Shown here: one piece after another, positions 7,570 to 16,263 of the stretch
How the letters are laid out: each line of letters begins with the position of its first letter
How positions within the stretch are numbered: position 1 is the first letter of the stretch
Origin: Bifidobacterium breve
GTDB lineage: Bacteria; Actinomycetota; Actinomycetes; UBA12327
DNA length: 29,292 bases
Reading direction: 5' to 3'
Assembly: GCA_945881995.1 (NCBI GenBank)
Contig: CAMCVY010000001.1
Coordinates: forward strand, 1-29,292
Made by a program: the position numbers and the translations under genes
The notes under the pieces: model-generated
The model's input: only the letters and a program-made list of their open reading frames with translations
Told to the model about the DNA's origin: nothing
Databases searched by the model: none

Positions 7570-9791
7570 GCGGGGCTCCCAGACTCATCAAGGGTGACGG
7601 GATTGGCGTCGGCGGTAGTTGGATGGCCACCCAGGCTCAAGGCTTGCACGAGTTCCGGCTGGGCGAGGAGGTCCTTGGCGTTTCCTTCGTAGACGATCTC
7701 GCCCTTTTCCATGAAGTAACAGCGGTCCACCAAGTTGAGGGCGACGTTGACTGATTGCTCAACAACCAGGACGGCAGTGCCTCGTGCGTTGAGTTGACGC
7801 ACCATTTCCAAAAGCTCGCCCACCACAATGGGGGCCAGTCCGAGGGAAAACTCATCAACAACCAAGACTTTCGGCTTGGTTATCAGCGCCTTGGACAGAC
7901 CGAGCATCTGTTGCTCGCCACCACTGAGGGTCGAGCCCAATTGATTGCGACGGTCGGCAATCTTGGGAAAGACTTGGAAGGCTTCGTCGATGCCTTCTTT
8001 AATGCTGGCTCGATCGCGCCCCAAACTAAAGCCGTACATCAGGAGGTTTTCGTAGACCGTCATCGAGCCGAACACTGCGTTGCCACCCACAATTTGGGAC
8101 AAGCCAAGGGCCACTCGCTTGCTGGCGTTAATGTCCGTGACGTTGTCACCGGCAAGGCGAACGACTCCAGCTTGGGGGGATTCCAATCCGGAAAGTACTC
8201 GAAGCAAGGTGGTCTTACCCACTCCGTTAGGGCCAAGGAGCGCAACCATCTCGCCTTCGTTAACCCGCATGGATACATCAAAGAGAACCTGCACAGATCC
8301 GTAGGCGAAATCAATGTTGCGGGCCGAAAGTACGGGAACCGCGCCGGATTCAGCTACGGCTTCATCAAAGTCTTGAGTTTCATCTTCGACGCCAAGACGA
8401 GCATCAAGGTCAGGCCCCACGGCACGAATGAGCTTCTTGGACCGACGCCAAAACAAAATCATCGGCAAACTTGCTACAGTGAAGGCGACTGCGTAGGCAG
8501 CGCTGCCACCGATGATCGCACTCACGGCGCTGATCACCAGAAGTGCAAGGAGTGAACCGCCGATCGTTGAAAACAGAGATATTCCTACTGCCGTGGGCCG
8601 GTCCTCGGGCTGAATAACCGAGAGCATCGTGATGTCGAGAGCAACCCAGGCGAGGAATCCACCGATCGTTGCCAAGGCGAGTTGCGGCGAGATAACAGGG
8701 CGTACGAGTCCGATCAGTAACAGTCCGGCAAACCCGATTATCAGGCCAACGGGGATGACGGCTGCTAGTGCTTCAGGTGAGCGGCGAACAGACTTTTCTA
8801 AGCCACGCGCTACGAGGTAGAGCGTAAGGAATGCAACAGCGCTGGCGATGGTGATGACGAGCGCTGCGGTGCCCTCTTTGAGTTCGCGTGCTTGCGCAAG
8901 ACGAATGACGGGAACGATCAAAGCTGCCCCTGCACACCAGCCAACGGCCACGTAAGAGGTGAGGGCAAATTTTACGGTCGGGATTGATCGCACGCGCAGC
9001 GTGGATTCGGACCACGAGGGGCGCAAGCCGGCGACGGGATCATCAACTTGACCCATAGCGCGACGCAGACGATCTGGTTCTGCTCCGCCTACCTTTGTCT
9101 CGGTCAGGAGCAACGAGCCCAAGGACAGGACGACTGCCAAGATTCCGGAGAGGAGCAGTGCCTGGCTAGCGCCAATATCGATGCCAGCAATCGCGATCCA
9201 AGCGCACGCACCACCTAATGCGCTCCCGATCAGGGTGCCCATGTGCGTGCGGGCAATGGCTCGGGCGCGGGCTTCAGGCACGGTCGAGTCGAAGGCCAGA
9301 GTGCGCCAGATAGGAGCGCCGAGTCCAAATAAAACGCCACGAGCCAGCGCCACCAACAGGAACCAGCCAAATGCCGGGATGAGGTTCATTAATAGCGCAA
9401 AGACGGCTGAGTTCACCGCGAAGATCACGGAGGCCGCGGTACGACGATTGAAGGGAACGCGGTCGCTAAGCGGCGCACCGACAAGTCCGGCCAAGATGGC
9501 CGCTGCGATGACAGTTCCGCCCACGGTGGTGGTGGTCCAGTTGTTATCGCGTGCGATTTCAGGGGAAAGTAAGAGCAAGGTAGTCAGAGGGAGCGCGACC
9601 GAAGCATTGATGAGAGAGAGCCCGAGAACTCGTCGTCGCGCGCTAGTAGGTACCGCAACTTTCCACTTGGGGATGGTGATGTCCCCGCTAATACCCACGG
9701 CAGTCCGCGCCGCGTCACGTACCGACGCTTCCAGGGTTGGAACCTCGTCTACCCCAACATCTGTTGGGCTAGTTGGTAGCGAACGGGACAT
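7566..9791 (-). CDS. MFS-like membrane domain fused to LivF-type ABC ATPase
   Basis: N-terminal ~440 aa multi-TM region with motif-A-like GAPLSDRVPFNRR. C-terminal GPNGVGKT, LSGGEQQM, VVDEFSLGLAP, VEQ. Start uncertain (ATG 9791 with GAGG upstream, or GTG 9797). Stop overlaps the next start (ATGA). Confidence 0.88.
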   Translation of the reverse strand: MSRSLPTSPTDVGVDEVPTLEASVRDAARTAVGISGDITIPKWKVAVPTSARRRVLGLSLINASVALPLTTLLLLSPEIARDNNWTTTTVGGTVIAAAILAGLVGAPLSDRVPFNRRTAASVIFAVNSAVFALLMNLIPAFGWFLLVALARGVLFGLGAPIWRTLAFDSTVPEARARAIARTHMGTLIGSALGGACAWIAIAGIDIGASQALLLSGILAVVLSLGSLLLTETKVGGAEPDRLRRAMGQVDDPVAGLRPSWSESTLRVRSIPTVKFALTSYVAVGWCAGAALIVPVIRLAQARELKEGTAALVITIASAVAFLTLYLVARGLEKSVRRSPEALAAVIPVGLIIGFAGLLLIGLVRPVISPQLALATIGGFLAWVALDITMLSVIQPEDRPTAVGISLFSTIGGSLLALLVISAVSAIIGGSAAYAVAFTVASLPMILFWRRSKKLIRAVGPDLDARLGVEDETQDFDEAVAESGAVPVLSARNIDFAYGSVQVLFDVSMRVNEGEMVALLGPNGVGKTTLLRVLSGLESPQAGVVRLAGDNVTDINASKRVALGLSQIVGGNAVFGSMTVYENLLMYGFSLGRDRASIKEGIDEAFQVFPKIADRRNQLGSTLSGGEQQMLGLSKALITKPKVLVVDEFSLGLAPIVVGELLEMVRQLNARGTAVLVVEQSVNVALNLVDRCYFMEKGEIVYEGNAKDLLAQPELVQALSLGGHPTTADANPVTLDESGSPA

Positions 9792-11208
9792 TCCCACCTC
9801 GGTATAAGAAGCACCCGGGCTTGCCGGATACGGGGTTTAGGCAGGTCGTTGATTCGTAAACAAGGACTCGACCAGTGTTGCTAGCCGCGTACTGCCCGTT
9901 ACCGATTGACCCGCCGAACGTAACAGCAGAACTGTATCCGTTCCCGACCTGCCATGCCGCATCGCGGAAGGCGTTAGCCGTGAGGTCCTTCGGGGCCTTG
10001 TCGATGACGGCCTTGAGGAACAAGTTGGCATCGCAGTACTGCAAGCCTTCCTTGTAATTGGGGCGCACACCGTCGGGCGGGGTAGCTCCGGCTGAATCGA
10101 TAATTTGCTTGCAGAGCCCCTGATTGGGGGTGGCCGGGTCTGGGAACGGAATAGCTGGATCTAGGCGGATGTCACCAGCAGGCAAGACGCCAAAGCCGAT
10201 CATGCCGGTCAGTGTGGTGTCGACGATGGTCGCCGGGTTGTCTTGTAAGAACAGCGGACTGTCATAGGAGGAAATCGCAAACTTTGCCTTCGACGTAGTG
10301 GCTTCTTGGCTGGACAACATGATGGGCAAGATCCGCGCACCACCAACGACGATGACGCGGTCCAGGCCGGAGTTAGCTGCACCCGTGAGCGCGGCAGATG
10401 AACCAGCGCCAAGGGTTCCTATATTGGCGGTATCAACAAAGAAGTTTTCAGACTTGGTGATGCCGTTGGCAGCGAAGAAGGGCTGCACGACCTCCGTGAT
10501 GTTGCGTCGAGCAATTTCGTTGTCCACTCCAACAACGGCAACGCCCGCTGAGCCGTTGAACCACCCCTGGTCCTTGAGCGCGTTCAATTCCGTACGCAGG
10601 TAGGCGCCATATTCAGGCCAGCTAGGCGACCATAGGTAGGGGGAAAACTTCTCGAATTCCTTTTGATCTTGGGCGAAAAGGGACTCATCCAACATGATCG
10701 TCTTGCGTGCGAAATAGCACGGGCGCGCGTTGTTTTGGAACTGTCCTTCAAGGACAACCGCGAAAACTTGATCATCCTGGGTGAAAGCGTTGCAAAACGA
10801 TTCAGCGTATTCGGGGTTGTCAAGACCGCCGCCGTACTTCTTAATGATGGGGACGATCTTGCGTCCATTGAGGCCACCGTTGGCATTGACTGCATTAACG
10901 GAGGCTTGAATTTGCTTGATCACTCCATCGGCGCCACCGTAGTTCGCGGTCTTGAAGCCTAAGGATTCTTGGAGTTCGCCCAAGTCAGGGACGATGTAGC
11001 CGATTTTGATCGAGTCCGCGGTTACACCAGGGGACGCATCATCTGCACCTGCTGCCGCGCCCGATCCCGAGCTTCCTGATCCGGCAGGAGAGTCAGCCTC
11101 CGACCCGCATCCAGCCGAGAGCGTGGCGATGAGTGCCAGGGCGGCCAGAGCAGCGACCGCTCGAGTCCAGCTACCGCGAGAAGTCACGACTGAGGATGCC
11201 GGAGACAT
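9769..11208 (-). CDS. ABC transporter substrate-binding lipoprotein, paralog 2
   Basis: Lipobox LSAGC and PGVTADSIKIG. Collinear with 3274-4695 over its whole length (shared GQFQNNARPCY, NIGTLGA, PFPDPA). Confidence 0.88.
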   Translation of the reverse strand: MSPASSVVTSRGSWTRAVAALAALALIATLSAGCGSEADSPAGSGSSGSGAAAGADDASPGVTADSIKIGYIVPDLGELQESLGFKTANYGGADGVIKQIQASVNAVNANGGLNGRKIVPIIKKYGGGLDNPEYAESFCNAFTQDDQVFAVVLEGQFQNNARPCYFARKTIMLDESLFAQDQKEFEKFSPYLWSPSWPEYGAYLRTELNALKDQGWFNGSAGVAVVGVDNEIARRNITEVVQPFFAANGITKSENFFVDTANIGTLGAGSSAALTGAANSGLDRVIVVGGARILPIMLSSQEATTSKAKFAISSYDSPLFLQDNPATIVDTTLTGMIGFGVLPAGDIRLDPAIPFPDPATPNQGLCKQIIDSAGATPPDGVRPNYKEGLQYCDANLFLKAVIDKAPKDLTANAFRDAAWQVGNGYSSAVTFGGSIGNGQYAASNTGRVLVYESTTCLNPVSGKPGCFLYRGGNVPFATN

Positions 11209-11311
11209 AGGGAGTGAGCGTCCTTTGTGGGGCAGTAGGGAAGTGGCCGAGCGCAGTAGAGAGCGTCGTCGTTGTCACGGCGTCTCGTGGTCCGTCTGAT
11301 GTGCTCTTCTT

Positions 11312-11340
11312 AGACTAAGCCGGGCAGGCGCAAGCGTCAA
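11312..11340 (-). promoter_or_regulatory. Sigma70/HrdB-type promoter of the ABC operon
   Basis: Minus strand TTGACG (11340-11335), 17 nt, TAGTCT (11317-11312). The -10 lies within the palindrome CTTAG-A-CTAAG (11309-11319). Confidence 0.65.
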
Positions 11341-11402
11341 CGACGTTGGTCGACACCGATTTCGCACAATCCCTTATCGGTGAAAGGTAAACGGCCTATG
11401 GG

Positions 11403-11432
11403 TTGACGCTGAACGATGCCTGAATCTATTGT
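11403..11432 (+). promoter_or_regulatory. Sigma70/HrdB-type promoter of the DUF916 operon
   Basis: TTGACG (11403-11408), 18 nt, TATTGT (11427-11432), back-to-back with the minus-strand promoter. Confidence 0.55.
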
Positions 11433-11576
11433 TCACATGCCGGAACGTTAGGCGTTGCCTGATGCTTCACATTGCAGTGTTTCTTCCCCTCATCTGGTGT
11501 TGTGGTGTGGTGGGCGGAAACGCGACAATGGCCTTGCCCACCTCGTTCCTGACGAGCCGTTGAATGGATACACAGC

Positions 11577-12593
11577 GTGACGCGTGGTTCAGTTTTGCGA
11601 TTGACATCTTCAATTGCTGCAGTTGCGTTTGTCACTACAGGTTTGTTACCGATGGCACAAGCGGCTGACAACGGAGCATGGTCTGCGGCCCCCACGAAGC
11701 AAGGCACATTTACCGCTCGCCAATATTTCTTTCTCGAATTATCTCCCGGTGCCACGGTTAAAGATTCGGTAACCGTGAAGAATGCTGGCCAAGTCGCGCA
11801 GGTACTCGATCTTTATCCAGCTGATGCATTCAACGTGGAAAGCGGCGCAGGCTTTGCGCTGCGCAAGCGAGGCGATAAGAACACTGACGTCGGTTCCTGG
11901 ATCACTCTGGATAAAACACGCGTTGAGGTTCCCCCGGGTGGAAGCGTGAGTGTTCCGTTTACCCTCACGGTCCCTAAGGGTGTGACGCCCGGCGACCATG
12001 CCGGTGGTGTGGTCACGATTGAGCCGGCTCCAGCCCCCAGTGGTGATAACAGCCAGATTCAAATCCAGCGAGCGTTGGGCGTACGCACCTATGTGCGTAT
12101 TGCTGGCCCCCTGACACCTGCTCTATCCATCACCAAGGTGGACCTTAAGGTGCGCCCCGCCCGGCTTCCATTTATTGGTCAGCAAGGTGGCGCCACGGTC
12201 ACCTATTCGGTGCGCAACAGCGGCAACGTTCGATTGACGGCGGATCGCATCATCACACTTGATGGACTATTCGGTCGAACTTTGCGCAACACCGGGCGAG
12301 GCCCGATTCCTGAAATCCTGCCCGGGTCAACGGTTGTTCTCACCGAGAGTTTCACCAAGATGCCGGTGCTCAATCAAGTGACAGCAAATGTGCGCTTGAT
12401 TGCAGCGGACGGCAAGGTCGATACGTCGGGATCAGCTACTGCGCTTGCTGTGTCATGGGTCTTCTTGTTCTTGTTGCTGCTAATTATTGTGGGCATTGTG
12501 TTGGCGGTCTTGTGGTCACGACGTGAATCAAACTTGGTGAGCCAGATGGCCGCCGATGCGGGTCCGTTGTCACCCACAGGAGACCAACTGTGA
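11577..12593 (+). CDS. DUF916 / WxL-interacting-protein-like surface protein with C-terminal TM anchor
   Basis: Signal peptide ending AQA. RQYFFLELSPGATVKDSVTVKN, LDLYPADAFN, DVGSWITL, VPFTLTVP..PGDHAGGVV and VRNSGNVRL motifs. Hydrophobic C-terminal helix followed by SRR. Confidence 0.82.
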   Translation: MTRGSVLRLTSSIAAVAFVTTGLLPMAQAADNGAWSAAPTKQGTFTARQYFFLELSPGATVKDSVTVKNAGQVAQVLDLYPADAFNVESGAGFALRKRGDKNTDVGSWITLDKTRVEVPPGGSVSVPFTLTVPKGVTPGDHAGGVVTIEPAPAPSGDNSQIQIQRALGVRTYVRIAGPLTPALSITKVDLKVRPARLPFIGQQGGATVTYSVRNSGNVRLTADRIITLDGLFGRTLRNTGRGPIPEILPGSTVVLTESFTKMPVLNQVTANVRLIAADGKVDTSGSATALAVSWVFLFLLLLIIVGIVLAVLWSRRESNLVSQMAADAGPLSPTGDQL

Positions 12594-13885
12594 ACCGTCG
12601 CACCACAGCAGTCGCAGGATCGCTGGCCGCCGGGTTCGTTGCCTTGATGCTGGCCGGGCTGTCGACGGTGGCCCAGGCCGCCGATCCAATTCCCGGTGCG
12701 GGCACCACGGTGGGAACTGTTACTGATCCAGCAAATCCTTTCGCCCAACCAGGTCCGACCGGTCGTACAGCTACTGTCTCCCCACCTATCGCGAAGATCG
12801 GCGATTCGGTCATTGTGACCGGATCTGCTTGGCCAGCAGGCTCCTTGGTCTCTGTCGCGGTGTGTGGCAATAACTATCTGAATGGTTCTTCTGATTGCGA
12901 ACCCACTGGTCAGGGCCAGACCAGCGCAAATGCAAACGGTGAGATTGCCGTTCAGGTTGCACTGCCGGCCTTGCCTCCATCACCGTGTCCTTGTGTTGTT
13001 CACCTTGCGACGCTGGCGGACACCAACACGGTGGACGTTCCGTTCACCATCACGGGTGCACCCACTGCAGTTCCATCGCAGACGGTTAACCGTCGTTCGG
13101 TCGATGTGTCGGCACGCCTTACCGGCAGTGGCCCATTTGCCGCTTACCTCGGTGGAGCAGCAAAGCGTGAACTTGTCGTCTCTGTAACAAATACTGGCTC
13201 GTCGAACTTGATTAATCCTGCCCTGAACCTGACAGTGGGCCGCGGTGAAAATCCCGCTACCCCGCTCACCAGCCCCAACGGTCAACAACCGGCGTTAGGA
13301 ACGATTGCGCCGGGCCAGACGGTGGAGTATCGCCAAAGCGTCACTCTCGGCCCGCCGGCTTTTGGCCAGTACCGGGTCAAGGGCGAGTTCATTGGTCTGG
13401 ACTTGATCACTGTTGATCAACAAAACGTGAACGCGGGAGTTCTTAGTTTCTCTGTCGCGACCTCTAGTTACCCCTGGCTCTTGATTTTGATTGCGTGGCT
13501 CTTGCTACAGATTCCGCTCTTAGGTCTGTACAAGCGCCGCCCAGTGGAGAAACCGTTGAGTGAAGACCCACTCATTGAGCAACTTCCCGTTGCCTCGGGT
13601 GCTCCAGGCTTTGGTGTGAGCGCGTTTGATCCCACACCTGCCATGGCAGGTGCCCCGGTAGCGCTGGCTGCTGCAGTGGCTCGACCAGTGGTTGACACTC
13701 CCGCTCCGCCGCCGCCACCCGGTTACCGAGCCATTCAGCCAGCTTCTGCCACACCTCCGCCAGCGCCGTTGCCACCGATGCCAGCGGCACCAGGCGAAGC
13801 GCCAAGTGCGGTTCCTGCACCTTCCACGCCGGCTCCCGCGGGTGTGGAAGCTCTGCGTGCGTTGTTGCAGCCACCCGCGCAGTAA
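12590..13885 (+). CDS. Membrane-anchored protein with neocarzinostatin-apoprotein-like domain, Ig-like domain and Pro-rich tail
   Basis: Signal peptide ending AQA. ATVSP..GDSVIVTGSAWPAGSLVSVAVC...DCEP...ANANG...CPCVV follows the chromoprotein apoprotein pattern. TM WLLILIAWLLLQIPLLGLY followed by KRR. GTGA overlap with the upstream gene. Confidence 0.75.
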   Translation: MNRRTTAVAGSLAAGFVALMLAGLSTVAQAADPIPGAGTTVGTVTDPANPFAQPGPTGRTATVSPPIAKIGDSVIVTGSAWPAGSLVSVAVCGNNYLNGSSDCEPTGQGQTSANANGEIAVQVALPALPPSPCPCVVHLATLADTNTVDVPFTITGAPTAVPSQTVNRRSVDVSARLTGSGPFAAYLGGAAKRELVVSVTNTGSSNLINPALNLTVGRGENPATPLTSPNGQQPALGTIAPGQTVEYRQSVTLGPPAFGQYRVKGEFIGLDLITVDQQNVNAGVLSFSVATSSYPWLLILIAWLLLQIPLLGLYKRRPVEKPLSEDPLIEQLPVASGAPGFGVSAFDPTPAMAGAPVALAAAVARPVVDTPAPPPPPGYRAIQPASATPPPAPLPPMPAAPGEAPSAVPAPSTPAPAGVEALRALLQPPAQ

Positions 13886-13889
13886 CGCG

Positions 13890-14588
13890 CTAGACGCTCT
13901 GCAGCAGGAGTTCCGCAACGTTTGTTGCGTTAGTTAGCGCACTGTCATGCGGTCCAACCATGACCTCGTAAGGAAGACCACTTTCGTCCAGTCGAATCCG
14001 CGTGAGTTGACACGGAAATGTAGGGGGAGTGTCAGAGAAAAACACGTAGCGGGCCGCAACGTCATTCGCGGCAGGATTTTCCAACATGACGGGTTCGAGT
14101 GACGGACCAAGTGGTGTGGGAACGAGGCGGGTGTTCACAAAGTCCGCGAGGGATGGATCAAGGAAACCTTGTTCGGTGCCTACGGGCCTGGCTGGGATGC
14201 TCATGGCCGGGTCCAGGTTCTCTGGTGGCGCCGGCGAGCCGGGCGGATTGAGGTCCACACCTCGCTCCCCATTGCGCGGCACTACCGCATCAAGATACAC
14301 AACGGCCGAGACTTTCTCTGCACGCACCTCAAGAACACATCGGCACACCAAGCCAGCCTGACTATGCGCGACGAGGATCACTGATTCGTCCTGTGCGTCA
14401 ATGGCCGCGACCACGTCCGCAACCCACTCGCCGAGCCCAATTGCGGTACCGACTCGGTCTGAGTGTGGTTCGCAACCAGTCAACGTCGGGGCAATGACCG
14501 TGTGGCCGGCTGATGTAAGTAAAGGCGCCAACTGATCCCACGCCCAACCACCACGAAATGCACCATGGACTAAGACGAAAGTCGCCAT
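13890..14588 (-). CDS. Alpha/beta hydrolase, methylesterase/salicylate-esterase-like
   Basis: FVLVHGAFRGGWAW, nucleophile elbow AHSQAG, VYLDA, C-terminal GPHD (catalytic His). Confidence 0.9.
   Translation of the reverse strand: MATFVLVHGAFRGGWAWDQLAPLLTSAGHTVIAPTLTGCEPHSDRVGTAIGLGEWVADVVAAIDAQDESVILVAHSQAGLVCRCVLEVRAEKVSAVVYLDAVVPRNGERGVDLNPPGSPAPPENLDPAMSIPARPVGTEQGFLDPSLADFVNTRLVPTPLGPSLEPVMLENPAANDVAARYVFFSDTPPTFPCQLTRIRLDESGLPYEVMVGPHDSALTNATNVAELLLQSV
13914..13935 (+). terminator. Possible terminator inside the 3' end of the convergent hydrolase gene
   Basis: CGCAAC-GTTT-GTTGCG followed by TTAGTT, ~30 nt after stop 13885. The stem is short. Confidence 0.3.
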
Positions 14589-14927
14589 TTAGTTCAGCGC
14601 ATCCGCAACGTCGTTGCTGGGCCCAGTGTCAAGTACCACGTCAACGAATTCACGAGGGTAGGACTCGTAGGGCTTCATGTGTTCGTACATCTTTTCCGTG
14701 TAAGCCACATACCCTTCGCGCTGCGTGCATTCGAGGTAAGAGTCAACCTTGTCGAAAAAGCGCATGTTCATAAAGTGGGTGCGATCTTCTTGGCCGCGTA
14801 CGAGCACTCGACGAATAAAGCCAGGGTGGTCGTCAAAGAATTGTGCGAAGCCTTCAGAGAAATTGATGTACGCGTCCGCGTGCTCCTCAGCGTCGATAGT
14901 CCACGCATGCGAGATCACAATAACCAT
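14589..14927 (-). CDS. Antibiotic biosynthesis monooxygenase (ABM/Dabb-fold) family protein
   Basis: 112 aa with HPGFIRRVLVRG..D...F pattern. Stop directly abuts the hydrolase ATG (TAAATG). Confidence 0.75.
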   Translation of the reverse strand: MVIVISHAWTIDAEEHADAYINFSEGFAQFFDDHPGFIRRVLVRGQEDRTHFMNMRFFDKVDSYLECTQREGYVAYTEKMYEHMKPYESYPREFVDVVLDTGPSNDVADALN

Positions 14928-14934
14928 GCAATGG

Positions 14935-14940
14935 ATAGTA
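14935..14940 (-). promoter_or_regulatory. -10 element implying a leaderless ABM-hydrolase mRNA
   Basis: Minus-strand TACTAT lies 7 nt upstream of ATG 14927. No Shine-Dalgarno sequence is present. Confidence 0.5.
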
Positions 14941-14964
14941 CGCGAGTAAATCGTTGGCGGGAGG

Positions 14965-16263
14965 TTATGCCAACGTGATGGTCATGATGGCGGTGTAGCG
15001 GTCGGCCGACTGGAAGGCGGGAACGGTCAAAGTCAGGGCTGAGGTGACGTTGTACACCCCGCCAGTTGTTCCGGTGGTGAGGTTTTCATCGGTGTTCTTC
15101 GTGCACAGACTTACCGTGCCCGAGAAGCTCTGGGCGCTGCTTCCGGCCGATTGACCAGGAGCGACCAAACTGGAATCAAAGCCGGAAATGGCGGTCTTGC
15201 TCGACGCGGAGTAATCCCATGCGGTGCCGTTGGTGGCCGCGGCACAACCAGGAGTTGCCGCCAAGGTGGATTTAGCCATGGACTTTCCGGTTGCGCTCGT
15301 GAAGTTAGTCAAAGTAGCCGTGAGTGACCAGCCGTAGCTACCACCGCGTGTGTCAGAAACGGTGATGTCGTTCAGTGTTCCGCTGATTGGCGCGGGAGCA
15401 AGCGGAGAGGTAATGGTTCCCAGGTTGACACTGGTCGCATTGCTATTCGCGTTTGATGTTCCCAGCACCGGTGTGGTCGTTCCCGATCCATCCGCGGACC
15501 CACTGGTTGACGTGGTGTTGGTGTAGGTGCGCTGAGTGAGTTGGCCCTGGAGCACGCTCAATCGAACGATTTGATCGGTAGTGCACCCGGCCCCACCGGT
15601 GGTGTCACCCGTCTGTGCGATGCAGTTGCTGCTGGGTGAAGCCGGCACGACACCGGCAATCGTGGTGCGTGCTCCGTAAGCGGTTGATGTTTGTGGGGTG
15701 CAGGCGACTTGCGCTCCCACCAAGTTGGCGTCATCTGCGGCCACGAAGGTGTACTTAAACAACGCGGGTACAAATTCGAGCTTGTCACCAGCAACAAATG
15801 TGGTGGGCGCTCCAGTTCCCGTTGTGGTTGGCACACTGATGGTTACCGGGATGGGTGCGCTGACCGAGCCGCCGATGGAGATCGTTGTGGAGGAACCAGT
15901 GGCTCCGGTACCAGTCGCGTTGAACAGGGCTGAGCCACTTTGTTTGCGAATATCAATGGTGGGTTCGGCACGAACTTGTGCACCGGTGATCGCAAACGGC
16001 AAACTGGCATTCACGCTGGGGAAGTCGTAGGTCACTGAGATCGCTGATCCTGCGTCGGACATTTCCGGCGCGGTCATGGTGACTGAGTAATTAGTGATAC
16101 CCAAGTCGTAGGAAGCGGCCAGTGATGGTGCGTTAAAAGCGCAGACGAACGGCACCGAAATAGTGGCCGCTCCAGCCTGCTGTGCAGAACTAATGCTGAG
16201 TCCTGTGGCTGCAAGGAGGCCTACAAGGGCTGCGGCGATTCGGCGAGATAGGGAGCGCTTCAT
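14965..16263 (-). CDS. Secreted protein with C-terminal WxL-like domain
   Basis: Signal peptide ending AGA. ITVSDTRGGSYGWSLTATLTNF and terminal LTLTVPAFQSADRYTAIMTITLA match the WxL pattern (D-x-R-G...GW-x-L; L-x-VP...Y...LTWTL), with WTL replaced by ITL. Confidence 0.78.
   Translation of the reverse strand: MKRSLSRRIAAALVGLLAATGLSISSAQQAGAATISVPFVCAFNAPSLAASYDLGITNYSVTMTAPEMSDAGSAISVTYDFPSVNASLPFAITGAQVRAEPTIDIRKQSGSALFNATGTGATGSSTTISIGGSVSAPIPVTISVPTTTGTGAPTTFVAGDKLEFVPALFKYTFVAADDANLVGAQVACTPQTSTAYGARTTIAGVVPASPSSNCIAQTGDTTGGAGCTTDQIVRLSVLQGQLTQRTYTNTTSTSGSADGSGTTTPVLGTSNANSNATSVNLGTITSPLAPAPISGTLNDITVSDTRGGSYGWSLTATLTNFTSATGKSMAKSTLAATPGCAAATNGTAWDYSASSKTAISGFDSSLVAPGQSAGSSAQSFSGTVSLCTKNTDENLTTGTTGGVYNVTSALTLTVPAFQSADRYTAIMTITLA

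Noticed and set aside
11333-11410. Four-way-junction RNA / riboswitch candidate
   Set aside because: The closing stem is better explained by two divergent TTGACG -35 boxes, it would lie upstream of both predicted TSSs, and it matches no riboswitch consensus I know.
11508-11516. GTGGTGGGC matching the tRNA-Lys 3' end as a possible att site
   Set aside because: Only 9 bp and plausible by chance. No integrase is present, and the interval would include sua5.
14589-14927. IsdG-type heme oxygenase
   Set aside because: The Asn, Trp and heme-ligand His positions of IsdG are not conserved.
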